A DNA stretch of 64,000 bases. Source: Lama glama (lineage: Eukaryota). The stretch is from positions 85,624,001 through 85,688,000 of the forward strand of contig CM052816.1 in assembly GCA_028534125.1 (NCBI GenBank), given 5' to 3'. Shown one piece after another: positions 1 through 13,617 of this stretch. A program made the position numbers and the translations under genes. The notes under the pieces were generated by a model, which saw only the letters and a program-made list of their open reading frames with translations, searched no databases and was not told where the DNA came from. Every line of letters begins with the position of its first letter. The first letter of the stretch is position 1.

Positions 1-369
1 AAGGACTGCAGCACTGTTGGATGGCATCTAGTTTTCAATCTTCTGAAGGGAAAATTCAGAAAAGAAGATGAAAATACAGAGGAGTTTGGGGATCACTTAT
101 CTTGCATTCTAAAAGAGACAGTGCAAATTTTTGTCAGCATGAGAAGCCTTGGTTTGGATCAGGTGCCATACACGTTGACATGGAAATGACAGTTCCAGGG
201 AAACAGATGACCTGAAAGGCTTTGATTTCTGAAGAATAAAATGAATAAATAGATGAGGCAGGACAGCTTGAGTTTTAATGCTTTTATGGAGGCAGAGTGG
301 ATGGTTCAATATATAGTTTTGAATATCCTCTTCCAAGTTAGTGATATGGGAATGAACACATGCTTTCAC
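1..369 (+). pseudogene. Candidate exon E1 (5' truncated by window edge) of an unidentified stop-containing multi-exon gene
   Basis: Frame 1 reads KDCSTVGWHLVFNLLKGKFRKEDENTEEFGDHLSCILKETVQIFVSMRSLGLDQVPYTLTWK*QFQGNR*PERL*FLKNKMNK*MRQDSLSFNAFMEAEWMVQYIVLNILFQVSDMGMNTCFH, then donor GTAAGA at 370 (phase 0). Non-repeat and more GC-rich than the flank. Confidence 0.42.
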
Positions 370-1434
370 GTAAGATCAATTTAGTGCTTAATCTATGAAG
401 AAGCTTTGTTTAAACAATCAATCAGTAGGAAAAAAGTAATACTTTCATAAATTGTCCTTTTGGGGGAGTGATAGCTTTGGGCCAGTTCCACAATAAATTA
501 ATTAAAGAACTGCTATGTTTTATAACCATAAAGGTTGCGAAAAGAATAAATTTTCTCAGCTTTAAAATAAGATTAATTATTTCTAAATTGCTTTCAGGTC
601 ATATTATTTTATTTTTTCTAATTTTATTTTACTAGGATTAAATGACATGGCCATAGATAAATAATAGAAAATAGTCTCTTTATTCCTGAATGAAAGGACC
701 TAGTTAAGTTAACAATTCATTTATGTACAAGTGGAATGTTTTTTTCTGTTTATTGAAGTCATTGAATATATGTTAAGACACTGCTTTTATTATTGTTAAT
801 AGACTGAAAAACATAACTAAATTGCCTAAAGCTACAACTACCTTTCCATCATTAACTTTTTAAATTATCCTGACAAATAGGATATTTTCAAAGATGCTAA
901 TTGGGTGGTTTGTACTGTGATCTTTTTATGAAATATAAAAGATTAAACTGTTTTGCACTTAAATTTGTGACAGGGTGTGTAGTGATTTCATTTTATTTCT
1001 AAACTAATCATGATTTCAGTGCATGTCATTCTGAATATTTTACTAAGCAATACTTTTTAAAAAATTTAATTGAAGATAAATAAAAAGAGAAATAATAGGC
1101 TGTTCATAGATGGCCAATGCAGTTTTCATGCCAAATGTATTAACGTGTTAACATTTCTTCCCTTAAGTATATGTATAAAGATATAAACAGACCTGCCAAC
1201 ACCACTGGTTCTATTTCTCCAGCTTCACCTATAAAGAGCATACCCTTATGTTCTTTATTCATCAAGAAAAAATTAAATGACAGTGTCTATTCCAATGGAG
1301 TCATCTTTCCTTTGAGGTTTATTCATTATATAAGGATATGCCAATATCGTTCAACATAGAACAGAAAGTAGCATACAGTTAACAAGTGTATGTCCAAACC
1401 TAGGAAGAAAAAAAAATTACCTGGTTCTTGCTAG

Positions 1435-1641
1435 AGGTGCAGTTACCCTGGACACAAGTAAAATGTGGACCAACGATTGTCCTGGTCCAAACAATCTGAA
1501 TACCAACGCTTTTTTCAAAGTGTTTGTATGCGAAAGGGGTTGGAATGCCTGAACTGTCTCCTCCAACAATGCCCTTCACAAAGACAGTCTGTGGGTCTCT
1601 TCACAAATCAGGAGAATAGAAGTATACTGGAATGTGTAAGG
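1435..1641 (+). pseudogene. Candidate exon E2 (phase 0-0, 207 nt)
   Basis: Acceptor TTCTTGCTAG, consensus donor AGG|GTGAGT. 69 codons with one TAA (1459-1461): RCSYPGHK*NVDQRLSWSKQSEYQRFFQSVCMRKGLECLNCLLQQCPSQRQSVGLFTNQENRSILECVR. Confidence 0.5.
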
Positions 1642-2949
1642 GTGAGTTGTAAATTATTTTGTTTTGCTTTGTTTTCTAAATTCCTTATTTAATTTGGAAA
1701 ATGAAATCACAGAATCATAGAGGGATGAAGACTGTGGGTAGAGAATTTTTTAAAGGTCAGTGGTGAACTTCAATAATTACATGGAGTAACTAAAGAAAGC
1801 AAAGGAGTATTTATCAAGTCATCATGCCCTGCTTTAATTCCAAGTTAATGAATACTTTTATACCACAAATTTTTCCAGATTCACTTATCCAGGGGGATGC
1901 AGCAAGTCATGACATTTATGAAAACGTGAATAACTAACTCTATTTCCAACAGCACCATCGTGTCAACATAACATTTGTATTTCAGTCTCTGGCTAATGCA
2001 AGGGGAGTTACTGGAGTTTCTCATATGTCCTCATGGATTTCAATAACTTACATTTTCTTTTGCCACTTCTATCTTTATCTCCACTGAGTGGTTGGATGAA
2101 ACACCATGTAGTAGTTTGTCCTGATATTAGCATTAGTATTGTCTTAATAGGCAGGAAAACTGATCTAAATCTAAATGATTTCCTTAATACCAAATGTTAA
2201 GTCCCTATCTAATCTCTTCATGTTAGATGAATTCATGGATGTTCAGTCACATTATAGACTGACTGCCAGTAGTTTAGACATCTAATACTAATTAAATCAG
2301 CTGATAACAGCGTGAAGGGAAATGGATTATGAACCATGATAAAACTGGTGGAGAAGCAATGGGTTATTGAAGTTGTGGCAGTTAAAGATGGAGTTTTTTT
2401 TTTCCTCTCTTTTTCTAGAAGCAGGTATGGACCTAGTCAGAATCATGGAAAAAAAGTTATGGTAATTTGCTTTACATTTTAAAAATTAATTTATTTTGAA
2501 GGACATTTTAATTAAAACTAATACTTCAATTATTGCTCATGCCCATTTTTTCAATTATTATCTTTTTTACTAATGGCATTCAAAACATTTTGGTTGCAGA
2601 TATCATTATTAGTATCTGAATTGGAATGAAGACAATATTCATTTAAAAAAATGTCATCAGGAACTGAGTGAGTTGCATGGTTTGAGGAACATCAAGATAT
2701 ATTTGTATTACTTAATTACATAAGATATACTGGGCAACTGGGTGAAAATTAATTTAAGTGTTCCATAAAGAAGAGAAGATTTCAGTTTATAAATTATAAC
2801 TAAGAAATTTGATAACAAAAGAGTGATTACAAAATAATCATAAAAAATTATAACTGTCATTATTTATAGATAATTTGATTCTTTATGAAACTTTAAATTA
2901 TTTCAAGTACATAGAAACCATTATAACCACACATGAACGATAATTTTAC

Positions 2950-3790
2950 AAAGGAAACTATTAGATTATATTAAGAAATGTTAAAGAACTGCAAAATGTT
3001 AATGAATAAATAGAGGTTAATTATGTCATAACTGACCTATAGATTTAATGAAATTTCAATCCAAAATCCCAATAGAATTTTACACAGAAATTGACATTCT
3101 GATTCTAAATACATTTTATGAAAGAGAAAAGAAGCAAGAATAACTCGGGTATTTCTAAACAGAAAAACTGGAGGTGGTGATTTGCTATTCTGAATATTAG
3201 AATTCACTATGAAATAAAATACAGTCTTATAATAATTAAGACGCTTTTATATGACTCTTGCATGGATAAATACATGTCTCGCAGAGTAGTAAAGAAGGCA
3301 CATAAAAAGAGCCAGTTTCTCTGGAACTTAATCTTCTGAATGTGTTACATGCCGTATCAGTGGGGAGAGGTGGTTTTCTTTTAATGTATGAAATCAGAAA
3401 AAAAAGATTATGTGCATGAAAAATAAAAGTATATTGAATACATGTCATATATATATATAAACTTCAAATAGATTAAAACCTTTATGTTGTTTTTAAAAAA
3501 ATTTCAGATATCTAAGTCAAAAACATGGTAAATATTGGGGAAGGAAACGAAGGAAAATTATTATTAAGACTCTGCAAAGTACTCCTACAATTTCATAAGG
3601 AAATCAGAAACAATAGAAAAGTGAAGAGAAAATGCGCCAAAAGCACTGACAGACATTTCCCACAAGAAAAAATCATATATGGCCAATACATATTTGAAGA
3701 GATGTCCAATCTGACTAAGGATCTGAGAAATTCAAAACAATACAATTATCAAATAAAATTTTATACACATTTAACTGGTAAAATTTTTAA
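2950..3790 (+). mobile_element. Ancient L1 (L1M/L1ME-type) ORF2 3' fragments
   Basis: Degenerate ORF2 motifs such as CTATAGATTTAATGAAATTTCAATCCAAAATCCCAATAG and GACAGACATTTCCCACAAGAAAAAAT. Confidence 0.7.
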
Positions 3791-3811
3791 AGGGGTATTT
3801 ATATATATATA

Positions 3812-4318
3812 AAAGTTTCCTACTGCTACTGTTTTAAAAATTACCACAAACTTAGTGACTTAACACATATTTATTATTTTACAGTTCTAGGGGTCAGAAG
3901 TATGAAATGAGTTTCACAGTGCTAAATTAAAGTGCTGCAGGGTTACACTTCTATCTGGAGGTTCTAAAGGAAAAAATGTTTCTAGAAGTTATCTCCATTC
4001 CTTGGCTCATGACTCCCTTTCATTTTCAAGGTCAGTAGTGTCTCTTCAGGTCTTTCTCATATTGCATCACTCCCACTCTGACTCTCTTGCCTACCTTTTC
4101 CACATATAAAAGGCCCTTGTGAGTACATTGAATTGCAGATAATTGAAGATATATTGTACATAACTCGGATAATCTCTTTATATTAAGGTCAGCGGATTAA
4201 CCACTTTAATTCTATCTGCAACCATATGCCTCCCCCTCAGCCATGTACCATAACATATGCACAAATTCTGGAGATTAGACTCAGAACAACTTAGAGGAGC
4301 CATTGTTCTGTCTATCAC
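3812..4318 (-). mobile_element. MaLR solo LTR (MLT1 family)
   Basis: TTACCACAAACTTAGTGACTTAA...TTACAGTTCTAGGGGTCAGAAG...CTGGAGGTTCT, typical of antisense MLT1. Confidence 0.8.
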
Positions 4319-4685
4319 AATATTCAATAACAAGTACTGAAGAAAATGATCATCTGTAACCTCTTTTACTCACTGCTGGCCAAGTGTCTAATCACAAAAC
4401 CATTTTGTTAGGATGATAGGAATTGGGTGATAACAAATAACATCATTACTTTTATAGCTTAATAAAATAAGGCAAGTTTACTTCTCGCTCAATAAAATAT
4501 CTTAAAATAACATATTCTATAGTGACATGGAGATAATATAACACAAGTTTATATGTGAATGTGTATTGCAATATACATTCATGGCATCTATCTAGTTGCT
4601 GTTTACTGTCAGTGTGGCATTAAATAAAGCATTCCAGAAAGAACTTTGAACAAAACAGTCCTACTCTATTTTCTAATGCTAATTT

Positions 4686-7600
4686 TTTATCAAAATATTG
4701 TTGACTTACAATGTTGTGTGAGATTCTGGTGTACAGCATAGAGATTCAGTTTTTATATATATATATACATACTCTTTATCACTTTTTTCATTATAGGTTT
4801 TCATAAGATATTGAATATAGTTCCCTGAGTTATACAGTAGGACCTTGTTGTTTACCTATTTTATATATAGTAGTTTGTATATATTAATCTCAAACTCCTA
4901 ATTTTTCTCTTCCCCATTTCCCCTTTGGTAACCATAAGTTTGTTTTCTGTATCTGTGAGTCTATTTCTGTTTTGTAAATAAATTTATTTGTATCTTTTTT
5001 TAGACTCCACATATAGGTGATATCATATGATATTTGTCTTTCTCTGATTTACTTCATTTAGTACAATAAACTCTAGGTCCACCCATATTGCTACAAATAC
5101 CATTGTTTCATTCTTTTTTATCTGAGTAGTATTCCAGTGTGTGTGTGTCTGTGTGTGTGTGTGTGTGTGTGTATGTGTGTACCACATCTTCTTTAACCAG
5201 TCACCTGTCTATGAATATTTAGGTTGCTTCTATAACTTGGCTATTATAATGCTGCTATAAACATTGGTGGGCATGTATCTTTTTGAATTAGAGTCTTTTC
5301 TGGAATGCACAAGAGTGAGATTGCTGGAACATATGGTGAGTCTATTTTTAGTTTTTTTGAGGAAACTCCATAATGTTTTCCATAATGGCTGCACCAGATT
5401 ACATTCCTACCAATGTGTGGGAGTTTTCCCTTTTCTCCACATATCTGGCATGTATCATTTGTGGACTTTTTAATGATGACAATTCTGCCTGTTGTGAGGT
5501 AATACCTCATTGTAGTTTTGATTTGCATTTCTCTGATAATTAGTGATACTGAGCATCTTTTCATGTGCCTCTTGGCCATTTGTATGTCTTCATTGGAGAA
5601 ATGTCTATTTAGGTCTTCTGCCCACTTTTGGATTGGGTTGTTTGTTTGTTTGTTTATATTGAGCTATATGAGCTGCTTGTATACTGTGGAAATTAAGCCC
5701 TTGTCAGTCACATTGTTTGCAAATATTTTCTCCCAATCCATAGGTTGTCTTTTTGTTTTGTTTATGGTTTCTTTTGCTGTGCAAAAGCCTACATGTTAGA
5801 TGAGGTCCTATATGCTTATTTTTTTTTTCTTGTATTTCTGTTGTGTCTTAGGAGACTGATCTAGGAAAACATTTATTTATTATTTATTATGATTTATATC
5901 AGTGAGTATTTTGCCTATGTTCTCTTTCAGGAGTTTTACGGTGTGTCTTATATTTAAGTCTTTAAGCCATTTTGAGTTTATGTTTGTGTGTGGTGTGAGG
6001 GAGTTTTCTAACTTAATTGATTTAAATGCAGCTGTCCAGCTTCCCCAAAATAACTTTATAAAGAGATTGTCTTTTCTCCATTGCATACTCTCACCCCTTT
6101 TGTTGAAGATTAATTGGCCATAGGTGTGTAGGTTTATTTTTGGGTTCTCTATGCTGTTTTATTGATACATATGTCTGTTTTTGTACCAATACCACACTAT
6201 TTTTGACCACTGTGGCTTCATTGTATTGTCTGAAGTCTGGGAGGATTATGCCTCCAGCTTTGTTCTTTTTCCTCAGTATTGCTTTGGCAATTCTGGGCCT
6301 TTTGTGGTTCCATACAAATTTTAGGATTTTTTGTTTTCCAGTTGATTTTGTATTTCTTCTTTGTTCTTTTCTTTTTCTTTTTGTTTTTCCTTTTGTGGTT
6401 TGATAATTTTCTTTTGTATCAGCTTGATTTATTTTTCTTTTGGGTTTTTGTGAATCTATTGTATGTTTTGGATTTGTGGCTACCCTCTTTTTCAAGTATG
6501 CTAGCCCATTACTAAATACTTGCTTTACACTGATTGTCATATATGCTCAAATACATTCCCTCCCAAAAAAAAAGACAAACTACATATTTTGCTCCTCTCT
6601 TCAACATTTTATGATTTTGATGCCCACTTTTACATCTTCATGTTTATTCTTTTGTTGTTCATTGTAGTTATCATCACTTTTCCAATTGTGATTTTCTCTT
6701 TTTTATAGATTCCTGCTTATTTTCTAAAGAAGATCTTTCAATATTTATATTAGGATAGGTTTAGTATGGCTATATTCTTTTTGTTTTTGCCTCTCTGAGA
6801 AATTTATACCTTTCCTTCTATTTTAAGTCATAGTCTTGCTGGGCAGATTATCGTAGGTTGCACATTTTTCCCTTTCAGGACTTCGAATATATCTTGTCCC
6901 TCCATTCTGGCCTGCAACGTTTCTGTAGAGAATCAGCTGATAGCTGTATGTGGGTTCCCTTATAATTAACTCTTTGTTTTTATCCTACTGCCTTTAGCAT
7001 CTTCTCTTTATTTTTAACTTTTGCCATTTTAATTATAACATGTTTTTCCACACATCTTTTTGGATTTATCTTGTTTGGGACCATCTGTGCTTCCTGAACC
7101 TGGATACCTTTTTCTTTCATTAGATTTGGGAAGTTTTCAGTCATCATTTCTTCATATACATTTTTGATCTCCTATTTCTTCTCCTTCCAGGATACCTATT
7201 ATGTGTAGAGTGGTGTGCATTATATTCTCCCATAGGTCTCTTATTATGCTTTCTGTCTTTCTCTCTCTCTTTTTATTTTTTTCCATTTGTCTTTCTATCT
7301 GCTGTTCTTATTGGGTAATTTCTCTTATTCCCATCCTCCAGATCACTCATTTGTACATCTGCATTTGTCAGTCTGCTACTTACTGCTTTCAGCTTGGCTT
7401 TCATCTTGGCAAGTGAGTTTTTAAAATTTAATTGTCTCCTTTTTATAGTTTGTAGTTCTTTGTTACAGTGATCTGCATTTCTACCAAAAGCCTTTCTTCA
7501 TTCATGCAGTATTTTTATTACTTCCTTTTGGCACTCAAGTTCTGGTAGAATAGAATGTTCTGTTTCATTGTTCTTTCAGGGGATTTCTCTTATTCTTTTA

Positions 7601-8971
7601 ATAGGGAGTGATTCCTTAGCTTCTTCACTTAAAAAATATTTCTCTGATTTTATAAGTTTAGGATTAAGTTATCTACTATCATCTTGAAGGGCTGTTTTTC
7701 TGTGGGATCATCCCTGTGTAGTCTGTATGAGTCTAACAGTTTTTACATGAGGGCTGTTTTTAGTATGGCTGCCTGCCACATCTTTCCTCCATGTGTGCTG
7801 GCTGTTATTGCCTAGATGGGGACTGGCTTGGTGTTGTGCTGAACAGAACCTACACTGGATGTTGATTGGGGCCTCCTCTTTGCTCTGTGGCTGTTAGAGC
7901 CCAGTCAGGGCCTGAGTCTGCTCCCCAGCAGTTGGAGTAGAAGCTCTCAGATCTGTTTCTGAGCTGCAGTGGGAGGGAGGTGGGACTGGATTGCTTCCAC
8001 TGGGAGGGAGCCACTGAGTATTCCTCTGCAGGAGCTATCCACTGGGAAGTACACTCTGTGGCATTGCCTGTCATCACTTTCCAGGCTCACAAAGTACACT
8101 GTTGGTGGTGGTGCTCCCCTTGGCCCCACCTCAGCAATGGAGATGCAGACAATCAGACTGAATGTCCGTCAGATGCTGGGCTCACAAAGCCACCAGCGCA
8201 GATCCTCTGAGGTCAGACAGGGACCCACAGCGGGAGCTGTGGAGTCAGCCTAGACCTCAGCCTTACCTCCGCACGTGTACACCTGCAAAACCTGCAGCTG
8301 CTAACATGGCCACCCTTCGCTGTTCACCAGTAATCCGCTTGGATGTTTGGCAAGTGCTGAGCTTACAAAGGCACCGACAGTGTGAATCTGCCAAAGATGC
8401 TTGGGACGTGGGTCAGATTTCAGCCCTGCTTCTGCTTGGGAAAAACCCTCCAGCACTTGTTCTGTCCCAGAGCTAGCAGAGGCACAAAAAGAATGCTGAG
8501 GAGGAGGCTGCTATGGCAGGGCTTGCCCCTCCGGTCATGAGTTACCAGTGGGGCTTTTCATGGCTCCATTCCACACATTCCCAGTTGTGGCCCAAAGCAC
8601 ACCCCGGCCCCTTCAGGCTGTCTTCCTGCAGCCAACTCCAGTACTCTCCCCAGGACTGTCTGCTGAGGCCCAGGTTTCAGCACCCAGCCCTCATGCACAG
8701 CCGCAGATGTGCTTCTCAGGCTGGGGAGTGCAGTGAAATGACAAAGACTGTCTGTGCTGGTCTCTGTTCCGCCTGTTGCAAGCTGGCTGGTGTGCTCTCC
8801 TCTGAGCCTCTGAAGATCCCTATTCTGTTCCAGCTGATCTCCCTGCTGTTGAATGGGCCTCTCAGGGTGAGAGAACATTTCCTCTTCCACAGCTTCATCC
8901 CTGGGGCACAGGTCTCATCCCAATTCTTTTTTCACATCCTTCTCTTCAGTCATCTTGATCTTTGCCTCCAC
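4686..8971 (-). mobile_element. L1 with 5'UTR, ORF1, internally deleted ORF2 and 3'UTR, flanked by a 14-bp TSD
   Basis: GC-rich 5'UTR ~7740-8971 starting GGAGGCAAAGATCAAGATGAC; ORF1 relics ~6700-7700; junction at ~6330 to [30 protein letters not shown]2 C-terminus ([10 protein letters not shown]...). TSD TCTAATGCTAATTT at 4672-4685 and 8972-8985. Confidence 0.9.
5137..5180. repeat. (TG)n microsatellite inside L1 3' region
   Basis: Interrupted GT run read directly. Confidence 0.9.
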
Positions 8972-10499
8972 TCTAATGCTAATTTCATATAAACAGTGAC
9001 ATTCAGCATGCAGTTATTCATGCTTTTCACTTTTTAATTTTTAATGTTCTTTATGTTTTGTCTTATTTATTATTATTTTGGTTTTGCTCATATTACTTTT
9101 TCCTACATGGTGACTGTTATGTTTTTGCTTATTTATTTTATTTAACACTTTGTGAATCAACCAATTCTGTGAGAATTCCCTAATAATTCTCTAAAATATC
9201 TCAGCAAACTTAGTAGAGAAATAATTCATAATTAAATAGATCCAATAAAAGTGTGAATTATATTCTTAAATATCCTCAAAAGAGAGATAAAGATTGTTTC
9301 CTTACATTATTTATGGTAACTGTTAAATAATTGTTTCCATTTTTGTTTATGCCTATGGTTAAAAAGTATAGTGCATATCATAAATTCATAAAGAAAGATA
9401 TATGTATTACACAAAATAGAGCACTCTGATACTTTTATTTTTCATTGTTCTAATGTTGGCTATTTTATTCTATTTTCTAAATTCAGGACATGACCCATTA
9501 AACTGAAAACATGATTGATAAGCTAAATGTAATCCATATTGAAGATCACTATGTCAGAGTATATAATGATATAAAGTTAGTTGTAAAAATACTTTTTTCA
9601 CGTACAATGTGTTACATATTTTAGTTACATGCCAAGTATACTAAGATATTAAGATTTATAGAAAATTGGGAAGTTTTTACTTGATTCAGAATATTTTGAG
9701 GTTAATAAGAAAATGACATCCTCTCTTCTAATTGTTTCAAATACAATGTTTTATTTGGCATCCCACTGAATTCATTATGGAAATTTCCATTTTTTATTAC
9801 TTAGTTCTTTTTATAAAGCTGTGTCAACTTTCTAAGTAGCCAGTACTGTTTATATTAGGGTATTTTAAAAAGTGATATACTGATATTATTATGTTCAGAT
9901 TCATTAAAAATAAATATTGATTTTTACAAATATCTCATTACATGTAGCACATAAATTTTTGAAAAAGAAATTTCATTCTATTGAATTGATAGTATCTATT
10001 GATTTATTTAGAATTATTTAGGACTATCTAGTTGGACATTTGTGAGAAGCAATTTTACAATTTTATAAATTCTTTCCCCTGATCACATATATGTTTGATA
10101 AACTCCTCTAAAAAATATATATATATTTTGTGCAGCTGTGCAGCTGAGAATAGGTCTGTCAGTTAGAAAGATTAATTTTGTTACTTTGTTTTTATTCTGT
10201 TTTATTTTTCTTTGTTTCTTCAGTGCCTAGCACAGTACCTGAAACATGTTTGGCATATTTATTGGTTGAAATGATGACTGAATATTCATAAAGAATTATG
10301 AAATACAGGTGTAGAAAAAGAGATTGTACTGTAGCCAAAATAATCTAGATTTAGATTCCTCATACTCCAAAAAATTAGGACCACATCATTTTTAGTTTTC
10401 AAAAGAACATGACCCCAGGTAGAGGTAGCACAATTTAGTATGAAGAGCAAGACATCACTTGAACACATTAGATTTAAAAGTGTTAAAAATTAAATGTAG

Positions 10500-11375
10500 A
10501 CAACAATGTTATACCACTATGTATAAAATGGCCAAAATCCAAAACAAGACAAATGATGAGGTGTGGAGAAACAGGAGCTCTCCTTCTTTGCTGCTGGGAA
10601 TAGAAAATGATACAGTCACTTTGCTAGTTTCTTGAAAATAAATGTACTCTTACAACATGATCCAGTCATCTACTTCTAGGTATTTACTCAAATGAGTTAA
10701 ACACTTATATCCACATAAACCTGCCCACATGAATAGTCATAGCAGGTTTATTCATATTTTTCAAAATTGGATACAACCAAGATCTCTTACAACAGGTGAA
10801 TGGATAAACAAACTATGGTACATTCACACAATGAAATACATATTATTAAGGTGATACAAAGAAATGATCCATCAAATCAAAAAAGGCATGGAGAAAACTT
10901 AATTGCATGTTGCTAAATTAAATAAGCCAGTTTGAAATGACTACACACTGCATGATTACAATCATATGACCCTCTGGGAAAGACAAAACTATGGAGTCCA
11001 TAAAATGATCAGTGATGGCTAGGATTTAGGGTGGAGATAGAGGATGAACAGGTGGAACACAGGGATTTTTAGGGCAGTCAAAATTCTCCACATGATTCTC
11101 TAATGGTAAATATGAGGCACTATGCGTTTGGCAAAACCTATAGAACTTTGAAACACAAAGTGTGTACCCAAACATAATTATGGACCTTTGTTAATAATAA
11201 TATATCAGTAATGGCTCATGAATTGTAATATGTACCATACCTACATGATATGTTAATAGGACAAATTCAGGGCAAGGGGATATAGGGTGTACGAGAAGGA
11301 ACACTCTGTACTTTCTGCTCAATTTTCCCATAAACCTAAATCTGCTGTAAAATATAAAGCCTGCTAATTTTAAAA
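10500..11375 (+). mobile_element. L1MC/L1MD-type 3' end
   Basis: ORF2 terminus and 3'UTR motifs: GGTGAATGGATAAACAAACTATGGTACAT, GAACAGGTGGAACACAGGGATTTTTAGGGCAGT, AAACCTAAATCTGCT. Confidence 0.85.
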
Positions 11376-11579
11376 TATCAGAACTTTAGAAGCTAAATGT
11401 ATAATTTATGTTCCGTTAGTTGAATAGTAAACTGGTTAATGTTTCTTTATATCTAATCACTAGGACCTCCTATGATATTTTAGAAAAAATTTATAGCATT
11501 TAATCTCCTGCAAAGCAATTTATCCTACCAAAAGTGAAAGTCCAAATTTAAGATTTCTAAAAGTGTATCCTCTAGTAGA

Positions 11580-12030
11580 TTGGTTGTATTAATGACACCA
11601 GTTAATGGTTTATACTCTTGCATACTCTGTGACTTTGAGGCCCCTCTCCCTGAGCTGAGCGCTGCTCTGTGACTTTCTTTGGCCAGTGGTACAGAGTAAA
11701 TGTAACACAGAGACTTAAAATGGGGCTTCGTTATTTTTGTCACTGCAAAAAGATCAAACCCTGCCTAGTTTGCTGGAGCATGAGAGACAACATGCAACTA
11801 AGACAAGTGACCTTCAGTCTAGTTAGGTCCATTCTACCCCCAAATAGTCCACAGCAAACTTCCCAGCTGACAGCAGACACATGACTAAAGCAAACTGAAA
11901 TGTCTAGGTCTGGCCCATCTTAGTAGAAACCACCTAGCCAATGCACAGATTTATAAGCAAAATTAAATACTTATTGTTGTAGGCCACTGAGATTTTAGTG
12001 TTGTTTGTTATGCAGCATTATTGTGTCAGA
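11580..12030 (+). mobile_element. MaLR solo LTR (older MLT1)
   Basis: CTGTGACTTTCTTTGGCCAGTGG...GCCACTGAGATTTTAGTGTTGTTTGTTATGCAGCATTATTG. Confidence 0.75.
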
Positions 12031-12394
12031 AAATCTAGTCAACTCCTGTTTAAAAAATATTGTTTCTGCCTTTTACTAGAGGTGAATCACAGATTAAGAG
12101 GAACTTTCTAAAAACTTACAGAATTGTGACTGGATAAAGAAAACTATTTTAGATAACTGTGCATTTCAGACCCAAATGGAATATAGTATCTAAGCACCTG
12201 ACATAAAATAATAGTTTACTTAGGGGAACAAAATGGCCCAAATTAATCCCACATGAAAAAGAGACAAAATAACAATAATTAACTAGTTAATCCTGAAACA
12301 AGGAAATGTAGCAAACACATAATATAATTCTTTTTAAAAGGAAGTTTACAATAAATACAAAAGAAAATCAAAAAGAAAATATTGCAGTTTATAT

Positions 12395-12746
12395 ACTATG
12401 GACTGAATTGTATTTCCAAAAAGTACCTATGTTGAAGCCCTTATCCTCCTAAGGTCTGTATTGGAGACAGGGCCTATGAAGAGGTGCTAAAGGTCTAATG
12501 TGGTCACAAGGGTGAAGCTTTAATCTACTAGGGCTAGTTCCCTTTAGAGCTCTGTCTCAATTCCACCTGAGGACACAGTAAGAAGGTGCCCAGTGTCCAT
12601 AAACCAGTAGGTTCTTACCGGGAACACAACTGGCTGATGCCTTGATCTTGAACTTCCTACCCGCCAGAACTGTGAGAAATTAATTTCTTTTGTTTAAGCC
12701 ACCCAGTCTCTGATATTTTTCTATGGCAGCCTGAGCAGACTAATAA
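12395..12746 (+). mobile_element. MaLR solo LTR (MLT1A/B-like)
   Basis: TACTATGGACTGAATTGT...TATGTTGAAGCCCT...CCAGAACTGTGAGAAATTAATTTC...GGCAGCCTGAGCAGACTAATA. Confidence 0.88.
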
Positions 12747-13617
12747 AATATACAAATAAAAATATGAATGTAAATCTTGGGAGTGGGTCAATTCTTCTTC
12801 ATATGCACTTTTGTTGTTGTTGTTTGTTTTGGTTTTGGGTGCCATAGTTTTTACCTTTGTTTTTCTTTTGCATTGAATCATATTGCTGACTGATACAGTG
12901 TCTTTACACAACACTGGATTCTTTTCCTTCTCCCCAGCCTATCTCAGGTTTTCAAGACCAACACCTCACGTATAGGTCCTAGGATAATAATTCCTCACAT
13001 CCTGCTCTTAGGGTGCTTCTAGGCTGAAACATAACACTTTGCTCAAAACAGCAGGCCATGTCAGAACAAAGAGTGAACACACTTCCACAGACAAAGATAG
13101 ATAGGATAATAAATGATTAACATATAAAAATTTGTGTGCCTGTGAAGGTTTTTTTTTTTTTAATATTATATGTTTTTGTTTCTTTTCTAAGAAAATTGAT
13201 GCCACACCCAGCTTGCTGAGTAGTGATTGAGGGTGTGGAATATCACAGTTTATTCATCTATTCTGTTGTTGGGCATTGGGCCTATTTCCTAATTTGGGCC
13301 AATAAGAATATACTTGCTGCAAACATTCTTGTACACAGAGGTGTTTTGAAACAATTTTCATTTCTCTTAACTAAACACCTAGTGGTCAAACCACCAAAAT
13401 CCTTTTAAATTGTTATATGGTTCTGGTGGCTTTTACATCCTTCCCTACATCTTAAAGTTATTTTAGCCTTTGTGTTACATGGTCAGCTTTATTCTGCTTA
13501 ATATTTTCATTGAATACAGAATTCTAGGTTGAAGTTTTTTTCTTTCCTTCACACTTTAGAAATTCAATAACTAAAGAAAAAATCTAAAGTCCCACTAGTT
13601 ATTCTTTGTAACTCAAG

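Noticed and set aside
109..369. Minus-strand 86-aa ORF
   Set aside because: In-register antisense shadow of candidate E1, with a non-ATG start and no recognisable homology.
1421..1588. Open minus-strand frame with AG/GT ends overlapping E2
   Set aside because: Weak acceptor and no supporting neighbouring minus-strand exons found; the plus-strand reading has better signals. Not fully excluded.
6091..6540. 149-aa ORF as a novel gene
   Set aside because: Chance read-through across the L1 inter-ORF/ORF2 deletion junction.
7850..8992. Cluster of overlapping GC-rich ORFs, or a CpG-island promoter
   Set aside because: Lies in an L1 5'UTR, is CpG-depleted, and the ORFs reflect GC content.
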